A stretch of 64,000 bases of DNA from Auanema rhodensis (GCA_964057225.1 OZ059899.1:20708001-20772000); one strand, 5' to 3'. Shown: positions 32,301 to 47,600, numbered from the stretch's first letter. Program-made: numbers and translations. Notes: a model not told the origin generated them from the sequence alone.

Positions 32301-35300
32301 CACAGATCGACGCAGCTTAAAAATCCGCATCGAATGCACTATACTACATTGAAAAACGCTTAATACAAAAATTAGTTATGATCGTTTGAAAAAAGATGCA
32401 TTAGTGTATGTTGAGTTTCCATGTACACTCAACATTGCTTCCAAAAACATTTTGACAAAAATTTTTCCGAAAAATTTCAAAATAATTTCGCAAAAAGTAG
32501 ATGTTTTTAGATTCCTTTTTTCAAGGCAAAGACGATGGACATTGTTATTCAACGAAAAAATTGATTCTGCAGGGTGAAAATCGAGGATATAAGTGTGAAC
32601 TTATATCAGTTGATATCTCGGTGCATTTTTAAGCTAGCGCAAATCTGATAACACAGATCGACGCAGCTTAAAAATCCGCATCGAATGCACTATACAACAT
32701 TGAGAAACGCTTAACACAAAAATTAGTTATGATCGTTTGAAAAATGATGCATTAGTGTATGTTGAGTTTCCATGTACACTCAACATTGCTTCCAAAAACA
32801 TTTTTACAAAAATTTTTCCGAAAAATTTCGAAATAATTTCGCAAAAAGTAAATGTTTTTAGATTCCTTTCTCCAAGGCAAAGACGATGGACAATGTTATT
32901 CAACGAAAAAATTAATTCTGCAGGGTGAAAATCGAGGATATAAGTGTGAACTTATATCAGTTGATATCTCGGTGCATTTTTAAGCTAGCGCAAATCTGAT
33001 AACACAGATCGACGCAGCTTAAAAATCCGCATCGAATGCACTATACTACATTGAAAAACGCTTAATACAAAAATTAGTTATGATCGTTTGAAAAAAGATG
33101 CATTAGTGTATGTTGAGTTTCCATGTACACTCAACATTGCTTCCAAAAACATTTTTACAAAAATTTTTCCGAAAAATTTCGAAATAATTTCGCAAAAAGT
33201 AGATGTTTTTAGATTCCTTTTTTCAAGGCAAAGACGATGGACATTGTTATTCAACGAAAAAATTGATTCTGCAGGGTGAAAATCGAGGATATAAGTGTGA
33301 ACTTATATCAGTTGATATCTCGGTGCATTTTTAAGCTAGCGCAAATCTGATAACACAGATCGACGCAGCTTAAAAATCCGCATCGAATGCACTATACTAC
33401 ATTGAAAAACGCTTAATACAAAAATTAGTTATGATCGTTTGAAAAAAGATGCATTAGTGTATGTTGAGTTTCCATGTACACTCAACATTGCTTCCAAAAA
33501 CATTTTGACAAAAATTTTTCCGAAAAATTTCAAAATAATTTCGCAAAAAGTAGATGTTTTTAGATTCCTTTTTTCAAGGCAAAGACGATGGACATTGTTA
33601 TTCAACGAAAAAATTGATTCTGCAGGGTGAAAATCGAGGATATAAGTGTGAACTTATATCAGTTGATATCTCGGTGCATTTTTAAGCTAGCGCAAATCTG
33701 ATAACACGGATCGACGCAGCTTAAAAATCCGCATCGAATGCACTATACAACATTGAGAAACGCTTAACACAAAAATTAGTTATGATCGTTTGAAAAATGA
33801 TGCATTAGTGTATGTTGAGTTTCCATGTACACTCAACATTGCTTCCAAAAACATTTTTACAAAAATTTTTCCGAAAAATTTCGAAATAATTTCGCAAAAA
33901 GTAAATGTTTTTAGATTCCTTTCTCCAAGGCAAAGACGATGGACAATGTTATTCAACGAAAAAATTAATTCTGCAGGGTGAAAATCGAGGATATAAGTGT
34001 GAACTTATATCAGTTGATATCTCGGTGCATTTTTAAGCTAGCGCAAATCTGATAACACAGATCGACGCAGCTTAAAAATCCGCATCGAATGCACTATACT
34101 ACATTGAAAAACGCTTAATACAAAAATTAGTTATGATCGTTTGAAAAAAGATGCATTAGTGTATGTTGAGTTTCCATGTACACTCAACATTGCTTCCAAA
34201 AACATTTTTACAAAAATTTTTCCGAAAAATTTCGAAATAATTTCGCAAAAAGTAGATGTTTTTAAATTCCTTTTTTCAAGGCAAAGACGATGGACATTGT
34301 TATTCAACGAAAAAATTGATTCTGCAGGGTGAAAATCGAGGATATAAGTGTGAACTTATATCAGTTGATATCTCGGTGCATTTTTAAGCTAGCGCAAATC
34401 TGATAACACAGATCGACGCAGCTTAAAAATCCGCATCGAATGCACTATACTACATTGAAAAACGCTTAATACAAAAATTAGTTATGATCGTTTGAAAAAA
34501 GATGCATTAGTGTATGTTGAGTTTCCATGTACACTCAACATTGCTTCCAAAAACATTTTGACAAAAATTTTTCCGAAAAATTTCAAAATAATTTCGCAAA
34601 AAGTAGATGTTTTTAGATTCCTTTTTTCAAGGCAAAGACGATGGACATTGTTATTCAACGAAAAAATTGATTCTGCAGGGTGAAAATCGAGGATATAAGT
34701 GTGAACTTATATCAGTTGATATCTCGGTGCATTTTTAAGCTAGCGCAAATCTGATAACACAGATCGACGCAGCTTAAAAATCCGCATCGAATGCACTATA
34801 CAACATTGAGAAACGCTTAACACAAAAATTAGTTATGATCGTTTGAAAAATGATGCATTAGTGTATGTTGAGTTTCCATGTACACTCAACATTGCTTCCA
34901 AAAACATTTTTACAAAAATTTTTCCGAAAAATTTCGAAATAATTTCGCAAAAAGTAAATGTTTTTAGATTCCTTTCTCCAAGGCAAAGACGATGGACAAT
35001 GTTATTCAACGAAAAAATTAATTCTGCAGGGTGAAAATCGAGGATATAAGTGTGAACTTATATCAGTTGATATCTCGGTGCATTTTTAAGCTAGCGCAAA
35101 TCTGATAACACAGATCGACGCAGCTTAAAAATCCGCATCGAATGCACTATACTACATTGAAAAACGCTTAATACAAAAATTAGTTATGATCGTTTGAAAA
35201 AAGATGCATTAGTGTATGTTGAGTTTCCATGTACACTCAACATTGCTTCCCAAAACATTTTTACAAAAATTTTTCCGAAAAATTTCGAAATAATTTCGCA

Positions 35301-38300
35301 AAAAGTAGATGTTTTTAGATTCCTTTTTTCAAGGCAAAGACGATGGACATTGTTATTCAACGAAAAAATTGATTCTGCAGGGTGAAAATCGAGGATATAA
35401 GTGTGAACTTATATCAGTTGATATCTCGGTGCATTTTTAAGCTAGCGCAAATCTGATAACACAGATCGACGCAGCTTAAAAATCCGCATCGAATGCACTA
35501 TACTACATTGAAAAACGCTTAATACAAAAATTAGTTATGATCGTTTGAAAAAAGATGCATTAGTGTATGTTGAGTTTCCATGTACACTCAACATTGCTTC
35601 CAAAAACATTTTTACAAAAATTTTTCCGAAAAATTTCGAAATAATTTCGCAAAAAGTAGATGTTTTTAGATTCCTTTTTTCAAGGCAAAGACGATGGACA
35701 TTGTTATTCAACGAAAAAATTGATTCTGCAGGGTGAAAATCGAGGATATAAGTGTGAACTTATATCAGTTGATATCTCGGTGCATTTTTAAGCTAGCGCA
35801 AATCTGATAACACAGATCGACGCAGCTTAAAAATCTGCATCGAATGCACTATACTACATTGAAAAACGCTTAATACAAAAATTAGTTATGATCGTTTGAA
35901 AAAAGATGCATTAGTGTATGTTGAGTTTCCATGTACACTCAACATTGCTTCCAAAAACATTTTTACAAAAATTTTTCCGAAAAATTTCGAAATAATTTCG
36001 CAAAAAGTAAATGTTTTTAGATTCCTTTCTCCAAGGCAAAGACGATGGACAATGTTATTCAACGAAAAAATTAATTCTGCAGGGTGAAAATCGAGGATAT
36101 AAGTGTGAACTTATATCAGATGATATCTCGGTGCATTTTTAAGCTAGCGCAAATCTGATAACACAGATCGACGCAGCTTAAAAATCCGCATCGAATGCAC
36201 TATACTACATTGAAAAACGCTTAATACAAAAATTAGTTATGATCGTTTGAAAAAAGATGCATTAGTGTATGTTGAGTTTCCATGTACACTCAACATTGCT
36301 TCCAAAAACATTTTTACAAAAATTTTTCCGAAAAATTTCGAAATAATTTCGCAAAAAGTAGATGTTTTTAGATTCCTTTTTTCAAGGCAAAGACGATGGA
36401 CATTGTTATTCAACGAAAAAATTGATTCTGCAGGGTGAAAATCGAGGATATAAGTGTGAACTTATATCAGTTGATATCTCGGTGCATTTTTAAGCTAGCG
36501 CAAATCTGATAACACAGATCGACGCAGCTTAAAAATCCGCATCGAATGCACTATACTACATTGAAAAACGCTTAATACAAAAATTAGTTATGATCGTTCG
36601 AAAAAAGATGCATTAGTGTATGTTGAGTTTCCATGTACACTCAACATTGCTTCCAAAAACATTTTTACAAAAATTTTTCCGAAAAATTTCGAAATAATTT
36701 CGCAAAAAGTAGATGTTTTTAGATTCCTTTTTTCAAGGCAAAGACGATGGACATTGTTATTCAACGAAAAAATTGATTCTGCAGGGTGAAAATCGAGGAT
36801 ATAAGTGTGAACTTATATCAGTTGATATCTCGGTGCATTTTTAAGCTAGCGCAAATCTGATAACACAGATCGACGCAGCTTAAAAATCCGCATCGAATGC
36901 ACTATACAACATTGAGAAACGCTTAACACAAAAATTAGTTATGATCGTTTGAAAAATGATGCATTAGTGTATGTTGAGTTTCCATGTACACTCAACATTG
37001 CTTCCAAAAACATTTTTACAAAAATTTTTCCGAAAAATTTCGAAATAATTTCGCAAAAAGTAAATGTTTTTAGATTCCTTTCTCCAAGGCAAAGACGATG
37101 GACAATGTTATTCAACGAAAAAATTAATTCTGCAGGGTGAAAATCGAGGATATAAGTGTGAACTTATATCAGTTGATATCTCGGTGCATTTTTAAGCTAG
37201 CGCAAATCTGATAACACAGATCGACGCAGCTTAAAAATCTGCATCGAATGCACTATACTACATTGAAAAACGCTTAATACAAAAATTAGTTATGATCGTT
37301 TGAAAAAAGATGCATTAGTGTATGTTGAGTTTCCATGTACACTCAACATTGCTTCCAAAAACATTTTTACAAAAATTTTTCCGAAAAATTTCGAAATAAT
37401 TTCGCAAAAAGTAAATGTTTTTAGATTCCTTTCTCCAAGGCAAAGACGATGGACAATGTTATTCAACGAAAAAATTAATTCTGCAGGGTGAAAATCGAGG
37501 ATATAAGTGTGAACTTATATCAGATGATATCTCGGTGCATTTTTAAGCTAGCGCAAATCTGATAACACAGATCGACGCAGCTTAAAAATCCGCATCGAAT
37601 GCACTATACTACATTGAAAAACGCTTAATACAAAAATTAGTTATGATCGTTTGAAAAAAGATGCATTAGTGTATGTTGAGTTTCCATGTACACTCAACAT
37701 TGCTTCCAAAAACATTTTTACAAAAATTTTTCCGAAAAATTTCGAAATAATTTCGCAAAAAGTAGATGTTTTTAGATTCCTTTTTTCAAGGCAAAGACGA
37801 TGGACATTGTTATTCAACGAAAAAATTGATTCTGCAGGGTGAAAATCGAGGATATAAGTGTGAACTTATATCAGTTGATATCTCGGTGCATTTTTAAGCT
37901 AGCGCAAATCTGATAACACAGATCGACGCAGCTTAAAAATCCGCATCGAATGCACTATACTACATTGAAAAACGCTTAATACAAAAATTAGTTATGATCG
38001 TTTGAAAAAAGATGCATTAGTGTATGTTGAGTTTCCATGTACACTCAACATTGCTTCCAAAAACATTTTTACAAAAATTTTTCCGAAAAATTTCGAAATA
38101 ATTTCGCAAAAAGTAGATGTTTTTAGATTCCTTTTTTCAAGGCAAAGACGATGGACATTGTTATTCAACGAAAAAATTGATTCTGCAGGGTGAAAATCGA
38201 GGATATAAGTGTGAACTTATATCAGTTGATATCTCGGTGCATTTTTAAGCTAGCGCAAATCTGATAACACAGATCGACGCAGCTTAAAAATCCGCATCGA

Positions 38301-41300
38301 ATGCACTATACTACATTGAAAAACGCTTAATACAAAATGTAGTTATGATCGTTTGAAAAAAGATGCATTAGTGTATGTTGAGTTTCCATGTACACTCAAC
38401 ATTGCTTCCAAAAACATTTTGACAAAAATTTTTCCGAAAAATTTCGAAATAATTTCGCAAAAAGTAGATGTTTTTAGATTCCTTTTTTCAAGGCAAAGAC
38501 GATGGACATTGTTATTCAACGAAAAAATTGATTCTGCAGGGTGAAAATCGAGGATATAAGTGTGAACTTATATCAGTTGATATCTCGGTGCATTTTTAAG
38601 CTAGCGCAAATCTGATAACACAGATCGACGCAGCTTAAAAATCCGCATCGAATGCACTATACTACATTGAAAAACGCTTAATACAAAATGTAGTTATGAT
38701 CGTTTGAAAAAAGATGCATTAGTGTATGTTGAGTTTCCATGTACACTCAACATTGCTTCCAAAAACATTTTGACAAAAATTTTTCCGAAAAATTTCGAAA
38801 TAATTTCGCAAAAAGTAGATGTTTTTAGATTCCTTTTTTCAAGGCAAAGACGATGGACATTGTTATTCAACGAAAAAATTGATTCTGCAGGGTGAAAATC
38901 GAGGATATAAGTGTGAATTTATATCAGTTGATATCTCGGTGCATTTTTAAGCTAGCGCAAATCTGATAACACAGATCGACGCAGCTTAAAAATCCGCATC
39001 GAATGCACTATACAACATTGAGAAACGCTTAATACAAAAATTAGTTATGATCGTTTGAAAAATGATGCATTAGTGTATGTTGAGTTTCCATGTACACTCA
39101 ACATTGCTTCCAAAAACATTTTGACAAAAATTTTTCCAAAAAATTTCAAAATAATTTCGCAAAAAGTAAATGTTTTTAGATTCCTTTTTCCAAGGCAAAG
39201 ACGATGGACAATGTTATTCAACGAAAAAATTAATTCTGCAGGGTGAAAATCGAGGATATAAGTGTGAATTTATATCAGTTGATATCTCGGTGCATTTTTA
39301 AGCTAGCGCAAATCTGATAACACAGATCGACGCAGCTTAAAAATCCGCATCGAATGCACTATACTACATTGAAAAACGCTTAATACAAAAATTAGTTATG
39401 ATCGTTTGAAAAAAGATGCATTAGTGTATGTTGAGTTTCCATGTACACTCAACATTGCTTCCAAAAACATTTTTACAAAAATTTTTCCGAAAAATTTCGA
39501 AATAATTTCGCAAAAAGTAGATGTTTTTAGATTCCTTTTTTCAAGGCAAAGACGATGGACATTGTTATTCAACGAAAAAATTGATTCTGCAGGGTGAAAA
39601 TCGAGGATATAAGTGTGAACTTATATCAGTTGATATCTCGGTGCATTTTTAAGCTAGCGCAAATCTGATAACACAGATCGACGCAGCTTAAAAATCCGCA
39701 TCGAATGCACTATACTACATTGAAAAACGCTTAATACAAAAATTAGTTATGATCGTTTGAAAAAAGATGCATTAGTGTATGTTGAGTTTCCATGTACACT
39801 CAACATTGCTTCCAAAAACATTTTTACAAAAATTTTTCCGAAAAATTTCGAAATAATTTCGCAAAAAGTAGATGTTTTTAGATTCCTTTTTTCAAGGCAA
39901 AGACGATGGACATTGTTATTCAACGAAAAAATTGATTCTGCAGGGTGAAAATCGAGGATATAAGTGTGAACTTATATCAGTTGATATCTCGGTGCATTTT
40001 TAAGCTAGCGCAAATCTGATAACACAGATCGACGCAGCTTAAAAATCCGCATCGAATGCACTATACTACATTGAAAAACGCTTAATACAAAATGTAGTTA
40101 TGATCGTTTGAAAAAAGATGCATTAGTGTATGTTGAGTTTCCATGTACACTCAACATTGCTTCCAAAAACATTTTGACAAAAATTTTTCCGAAAAATTTC
40201 GAAATAATTTCGCAAAAAGTAGATGTTTTTAGATTCCTTTTTTCAAGGCAAAGACGATGGACATTGTTATTCAACGAAAAAATTGATTCTGCAGGGTGAA
40301 AATCGAGGATATAAGTGTGAACTTATATCAGTTGATATCTCGGTGCATTTTTAAGCTAGCGCAAATCTGATAACACAGATCGACGCAGCTTAAAAATCCG
40401 CATCGAATGCACTATACTACATTGAAAAACGCTTAATACAAAATGTAGTTATGATCGTTTGAAAAAAGATGCATTAGTGTATGTTGAGTTTCCATGTACA
40501 CTCAACATTGCTTCCAAAAACATTTTGACAAAAATTTTTCCGAAACATTTCGAAATAATTTCGCAAAAAGTAGATGTTTTTAGATTCCTTTTTTCAAGGC
40601 AAAGACGATGGACATTGTTATTCAACGAAAAAATTGATTCTGCAGGGTGAAAATCGAGGATATAAGTGTGAATTTATATCAGTTGATATCTCGGTGCATT
40701 TTTAAGCTAGCGCAAATCTGATAACACAGATCGACGCAGCTTAAAAATCCGCATCGAATGCACTATACAACATTGAGAAACGCTTAATACAAAAATTAGT
40801 TATGATCGTTTGAAAAATGATGCATTAGTGTATGTTGAGTTTCCATGTACACTCAACATTGCTTCCAAAAACATTTTGACAAAAATTTTTCCAAAAAATT
40901 TCAAAATAATTTCGCAAAAAGTAAATGTTTTTAGATTCCTTTTTCCAAGGCAAAGACGATGGACAATGTTATTCAACGAAAAAATTAATTCTGCAGGGTG
41001 AAAATCGAGGATATAAGTGTGAATTTATATCAGTTGATATCTCGGTGCATTTTTAAGCTAGCGCAAATCTGATAACACAGATCGACGCAGCTTAAAAATC
41101 CGCATCGAATGCACTATACTACATTGAGAAACGCTTGATACAAAAATTAGTTATGATCGTTTGAACAAAGATGCATTAGTGTATGTTGAGTTTCCATGTA
41201 CACTCAACATTGCTTCCAAAAACATTTTGACAAAAATTTTTCCAAAAAATTTCAAAATAATTTCGCAAAAAGTAAATGTTTTTAGATTCCTTTCTCCAAG

Positions 41301-41607
41301 GCAAAGACGATGGACAATGTTATTCAACGAAAAAATTAATTCTGCAGGGTGAAAATCGAGGATATAAGTGTGAACTTATATCAGTTGATATCTCGGTGCA
41401 TTTTTAAGCTAGCGCTAATCTGATAACACAGATCGACGCAGCTTAAAAATCCGCATCAAATGCACTATACAACATTGAGAAACGCTTAATACAAAAATTA
41501 GTTATGATCGTTTGAAAAATGATGCATTAGTGTATGTTGAGTTTCCATGTACACTCAACATTGCTTCCAAAAACATTTTTACAAAAATTTTTCCGAAAAA
41601 TTTCGAA
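11365..41607 (+). repeat. 351-bp tandem satellite array, arm 1 (~86 monomers, highly homogeneous)
   Basis: Recurring ORF starts spaced by 351 bp (11683, 12034, 12385...); register shifts only at a +2 indel (~16415) and two -4 deletions (~28709, ~31162). Confidence 0.98.
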
Positions 41608-41617
41608 GTGTACATGG
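41545..41617. other. Satellite inversion junction (convergent arms, 51-bp spacer, 1-bp microhomology at 41607)
   Basis: ...AAAAATTTCGAA|GTGTACATGGAAACTC...; CCATGTACACT (41545-41555) is mirrored by AGTGTACATGG (41607-41617). Confidence 0.93.
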
Positions 41618-44600
41618 AAACTCAACATACACTAATGCATCATTTTTCAAACGATCATAACTAATTTTTGTATTAAGCGTTTCTCAATGTAGTATAGTGC
41701 ATTCGATGCGGATTTTTAAGCTGCGTCGATCTGTGTTATCAGATTTGCGCTAGCTTAAAAATGCACCGAGATATCAACTGATATAAGTTCACACTTATAT
41801 CCTCGATTTTCACATTGAAGAACTAATTTTTTCGTTGAATAACATTGTCCATCGTCTTTGCCTTGAAAAATGAAATCTAAAAACATCTATTTTTTGCTAA
41901 ATTATTTTGAAATTTTTCGAAAAAATTTTTGTCAAAATGTTTTTGGAAGCAATGTTGAGTGTACATGGAATCTCAACATACACTAAGGCATCATTTTTCA
42001 AACGATCATAACTAATTTTTGTATTAAGCGTTTCTCAATGTAGTATAGTGCATTCGATGCGGATTTTTAAGCTGCGTCGATCTGTGTTATCAGATTTGCG
42101 CTAGCTTAAAAATGCACCGAGAAATCAACTGATATAAGTTCACACTTATATCCTCAATTTTCACCCTGAAGAATTGATTTTTTCGTTGAATAACATTGTC
42201 CATCGTCTTTGCCTTGGAAAAAGGAATCTAAAAACATTTACTTTTTGCTAAATTATTTTGAAATTTTTCGAAAAAAGTTTTGTCAAAATGTTTTTGGAAG
42301 CAATGTTGAGTGTACATGGAAACTCAACATACACTAATGCATCATTTTTCAAACGATCATAACTAATTTTTGTATTAAGCGTTTCTCAATGTAGTATAGT
42401 GCATTCAATGCGGATTTTTAAGCTGCGTCGATCTGTGTTATCAGATTTGCGCTAGCTTAAAAATGCACCGAGATATCAACTGACATAAGTTCACACTTAT
42501 ATCCTCGATTTTCACCCTGAAGAATTAGTTTTTTCGTTGAATAACATTGTCCATCGTCTTTGCCTTGAAAAAAGGAATCTAAAAACATCTACTTTTTGCT
42601 AAATTATCCTGAAATTTTTCGAAAAAATTTTTGTCAAAATGTTTTTGGAAGCAATGTTGAGTGTACATGGAATCTCAACATACACTAAGGCATCATTTTT
42701 CAAACGATCATAACTAATTTTTGTATTAAGCGTTTCTCAATGTAGTATAGTGCATTCAATGCGGATTTTTAAGCTGCGTCGATCTGTGTTATCAGATTTG
42801 CGCTAGCTTAAAAATGCACCGAGATATCAACTGATATAAGTTCACACTTATATCCTCGATTTTCACCCTGAAGAATTAATTTTTTCGTTGAATAACTTTG
42901 TCCATCGTCTTTGCCTTGAAAAAAGGAATCTAAAAACATCTACTTTTTGCTAAATTATTTTGAAATTTTTCGAAAAAATTTTTGTCAAAATGTTTTTGGA
43001 AGCAATGTTGAGTGTACATGGAATCTCAACATACACTAAGGCATCATTTTTCAAACGATCATAACTAATTTTTGTATTAAGCGTTTCTCAATGTAGTATA
43101 GTGCATTCGATGCGGATTTTTAAGCTGCGTCGATCTGTGTTATCAGATTTGCGCTAGCTTAAAAATGCACCGAGAAATCAACTGATATAAGTTCACACTT
43201 ATATCCTCAATTTTCACCCTGAAGAATTGATTTTTTCGTTGAATAACATTGTCCATCGTCTTTGCCTTGGAAAAAGGAATCTAAAAACATTTACTTTTTG
43301 CTAAATTATTTTGAAATTTTTCGAAAAAAGTTTTGTCAAAATGTTTTTGGAAGCAATGTTGAGTGTACATGGAAACTCAACATACACTAATGCATCATTT
43401 TTCAAACGATCATAACTAATTTTTGTATTAAGCGTTTCTCAATGTAGTATAGTGCATTCGATGCGGATTTTTAAGCTGCGTCGATCTGTGTTATCAGATT
43501 TGCGCTAGCTTAAAAATGCACCGAGATATCAACTGACATAAGTTCACACTTATATCCTCGATTTTCACCCTGAAGAATTAGTTTTTTCGTTGAATAACAT
43601 TGTCCATCGTCTTTGCCTTGAAAAAAGGAATCTAAAAACATCTACTTTTTGCTAAATTATCCTGAAATTTTTCGAAAAAATTTTTGTCAAAATGTTTTTG
43701 GAAGCAATGTTGAGTGTACATGGAATCTCAACATACACTAAGGCATCATTTTTCAAACGATCATAACTAATTTTTGTATTAAGCGTTTCTCAATGTAGTA
43801 TAGTGCATTCAATGCGGATTTTTAAGCTGCGTCGATCTGTGTTATCAGATTTGCGCTAGCTTAAAAATGCACCGAGATATCAACTGATATAAGTTCACAC
43901 TTATATCCTCGATTTTCACCCTGAAGAATTAATTTTTTCGTTGAATAACTTTGTCCATCGTCTTTGCCTTGAAAAAAGAAATCTAAAAACATCTACTTTT
44001 TGCTAAATTATTTTGAAATTTTTCGAAAAAATTTTTGTCAAAATGTTTTTGGAAGCAATGTTGAGTGTACATGGAATCTCAACATACACTAAGGCATCAT
44101 TTTTCAAACGATCATAACTAATTTTTGTATTAAGCGTTTCTCAATGTAGTATAGTGCATTCGATGCGGATTTTTAAGCTGCGTCGATCTGTGTTATCAGA
44201 TTTGCGCTAGCTTAAAAATGCACCGAGAAATCAACTGATATAAGTTCACAATTATATCCTCGATTTTCACCCTGCAGAATTAATTTTTTCGTTGAATAAC
44301 TTTGTCCATCGTCTTTGCCTTGAAAAAAGGAATCTAAAAACATCTACTATTTGCGAAATTATTTTGAATTTTTTCGGAAACATTTTTGTAAAAATGTTTT
44401 TGGAAGCAATGTTGAGTGTACATGGAATCTCAACATACACTAAGGCATCATTTTTCAAACGATCATAACTAATTTTTGTATTAAGCGTTTCTCAATGTAG
44501 TATGGTGCTTTCGATGCGGATTTTTAAGTTGCGTCGATCTGTGTTATCAGATTTGCGCTAGCTTAAAAATGCACCGAGATATCAACTGATATAAGTTCAC

Positions 44601-47600
44601 ACTTATATCCTCGATTTTCACCCTGAAGAATTAATTTTTTCGTTGAATAACATTGTCCATCGTCTTTGCCTTGAAAAATGAAATCTAAAAACATCTATTT
44701 TTTGCTAAATTATTTTGAAATTTTTCGAAAAAAGTTTTGTCAAAATGTTTTTGGAAGCAATGTTGAGTGTACATGGAAACTCAACATACACTAATGCATC
44801 ATTTTTCAAACGATCATAACTAATTTTTGTATTAAGCGTTTCTCAATGTAGTATAGTGCATTCGATGCGGATTTTTAAGCTGCGTCGATCTGTGTTATCA
44901 GATTTGCGCTAGCTTAAAAATGCACCGAGATATCAACTGATATAAGTTCACACTTATATCCTCGATTTTCACCCTGAAGAATTAATTTTTTCGTTGAATA
45001 ACATTGTCCATCGTCTTTGCCTTGAAAAAAGGAATCTAAAAACATCTACTTTTTGCTAAATTATTTTGAAATTTTTCGAAAAAATTTTTGTCAAAATGTT
45101 TTTGGAAGCAATGTTGAGTGTACATGGAATCTCAACATACACTAAGGCATCATTTTTCAAACGATCATAACTAATTTTTGTATTAAGCGTTTCTCAATGT
45201 AGTATAGTGCATTCAATGCGGATTTTTAAGCTGCGTCGATCTGTGTTATCAGCTTTGCGCTAGCTTAAAAATGCACCGAGATATCAACTGATATAAGTTC
45301 ACAATTATATCCTCGATTTTCACATTGAAGAACTAATTTTTTCGTTGAATAACATTGTCCATCGTCTTTGCCTTGAAAGAAGGAATCTAAAAACATCTAC
45401 TTTTTGCTAAATTATTTTGAAATTTTTCGAAAAAATTTTTGTCAAAATGTTTTTGGAAGCAATGTTGAGTGTACATGGAATCTCAACATACACTAAGGCA
45501 TCATTTTTCAAACGATCATAACTAATTTTTGTATTAAGCGTTTCTCAATGTAGTATAGTGCTTTCGATGCGGATTTTTAAGTTGCGTCGATCTGTGTTAT
45601 CAGATTTGCGCTAGCTTAAAAATGCACCGAGATATCAACTGATATAAGTTCACACTTATATCCTCGATTTTCACCCTGAAGAATTAATTTTTTCGTTGAA
45701 TAACTTCGTCCATCGTCTTTGCCTTGAAAAAAGGAATCTAAAAACATCTACTTTTTGTGAAATTATTTTGAAATTTTTAGGGAAAATTTTGGTCAAAATG
45801 TTTTTGGAAGCAATGTTGAGTGTACATGGAATCTCAACATACACTAAGGCATCATTTTTCAAACGATCATAACTAATTTTTGTATTAAGCGTTTCTCAAT
45901 GTAGTATAGTGCATTCAATGCGGATTTTTAAGCTGCGTCGATCTGTGTTATCAGATTTGCGCTAGCTTAAAAATGCACCGAGATATCAACTGATATAAGT
46001 TCACAATTATATCCTCGATTTTCACATTGAAGAACTAATTTTTTCGTTGAATAACATTGTCCATCGTGTTTGCCTTGAAAGAAGGAATCTAAAAACATCT
46101 ACTTTTTGCTAAATTATTTTGAAATTTTTCGAAAAAATTTTTGTCAAAATGTTTTTGGAAGCAATGTTGAGTGTACATGGAATCTCAACATACACTAAGG
46201 CATCATTTTTCAAACGATCATAACTAATTTTTGTATTAAGCGTTTCTCAATGTAGTATAGTGCTTTCGATGCGGATTTTTAAGTTGCGTCGATCTGTGTT
46301 ATCAGATTTGCGCTAGCTTAAAAATGCACCGAGATATCAACTGATATAAGTTCACACTTATATCCTCGATTTTCACCCTGAAGAATTAATTTTTTCGTTG
46401 AATAACTTTGTCCATCGTCTTTGCCTTGAAAAAAGGAATCTAAAAACATCTACTATTTGCGAAATTATTTTGAATTTTTTCGGAAACATTTTTGTCAAAA
46501 TGTTTTTGGAAGCAATGTTGAGTGTACATGGAAACTCAACATACACTAATGCATCTTTTTTCAAACGATCATAACTAATTTTTGTAATAAGCGTTTCTCA
46601 ATGTTGTATAGTGCATTCGATGCGGATTTTTAAGCTGCGTCGATCTGTGTTATCAGATTTGCGCTAGCTTAAAAATGCACCGAGATATCAACTGATATAA
46701 GTTCACACTTATATCCTCGATTTTCACATTGAAGAACTAATTTTTTCGTTGAATAACATTGTCCATCGTCTTTGCCTTGAAAAAAGAAATCTAAAAACAT
46801 CTACTTTTTGCTAAATTATTTTGAAATTTTTCGAAAAAAGTTTTGTCAAAATGTTTTTGGAAGCAATGTTGAGTGTACATGGAAACTCAACATACACTAA
46901 TGCATCATTTTTCAAACGATCATAACTAATTTTTGTATTGAGCGTTTCTCAATGTAGTATAGTGCTTTCGATGCGGATTTTTAAGTTGCGTCGATCTGTG
47001 TTATCAGATTTGCGCTAGCTTAAAAATGCACCGAGATATCAACTGATATAAGTTCACACTTATATCCTCGATTTTCACCCTGAAGAATTAATTTTTTCGT
47101 TGAATAACTTTGTCCATCGTCTTTGCCTTGAAAAAAGGAATCTAAAAACATCTACTATTTGCGAAATTATTTTGAATTTTTTCGGAAACATTTTTGTCAA
47201 AATGTTTTTGGAAGCAATGTTGAGTGTACATGGAAACTCAACATACACTAATGCATCTTTTTTCAAACGATCATAACTAATTTTTGTAATAAGCGTTTCT
47301 CAATGTTGTATAGTGCGTTCGATGCGGATTTTTAAGCTGCGTCGATCTGTGTTATCAGATTTGCGCTAGCTTAAAAATGCACCGAGATATCAACTGATAT
47401 AAGTTCACACTTATATCCTCGATTTTCACATTGAAGAACTAATTTTTTCGTTGAATAACATTGTCCATCGTCTTTGCCTTGAAAAAAGAAATCTAAAAAC
47501 ATCTACTTTTTGCTAAATTATTTTGAAATTTTTCGAAAAAAGTTTTGTCAAAATGTTTTTGGAAGCAATGTTGAGTGTACATGGAAACTCAACATACACT

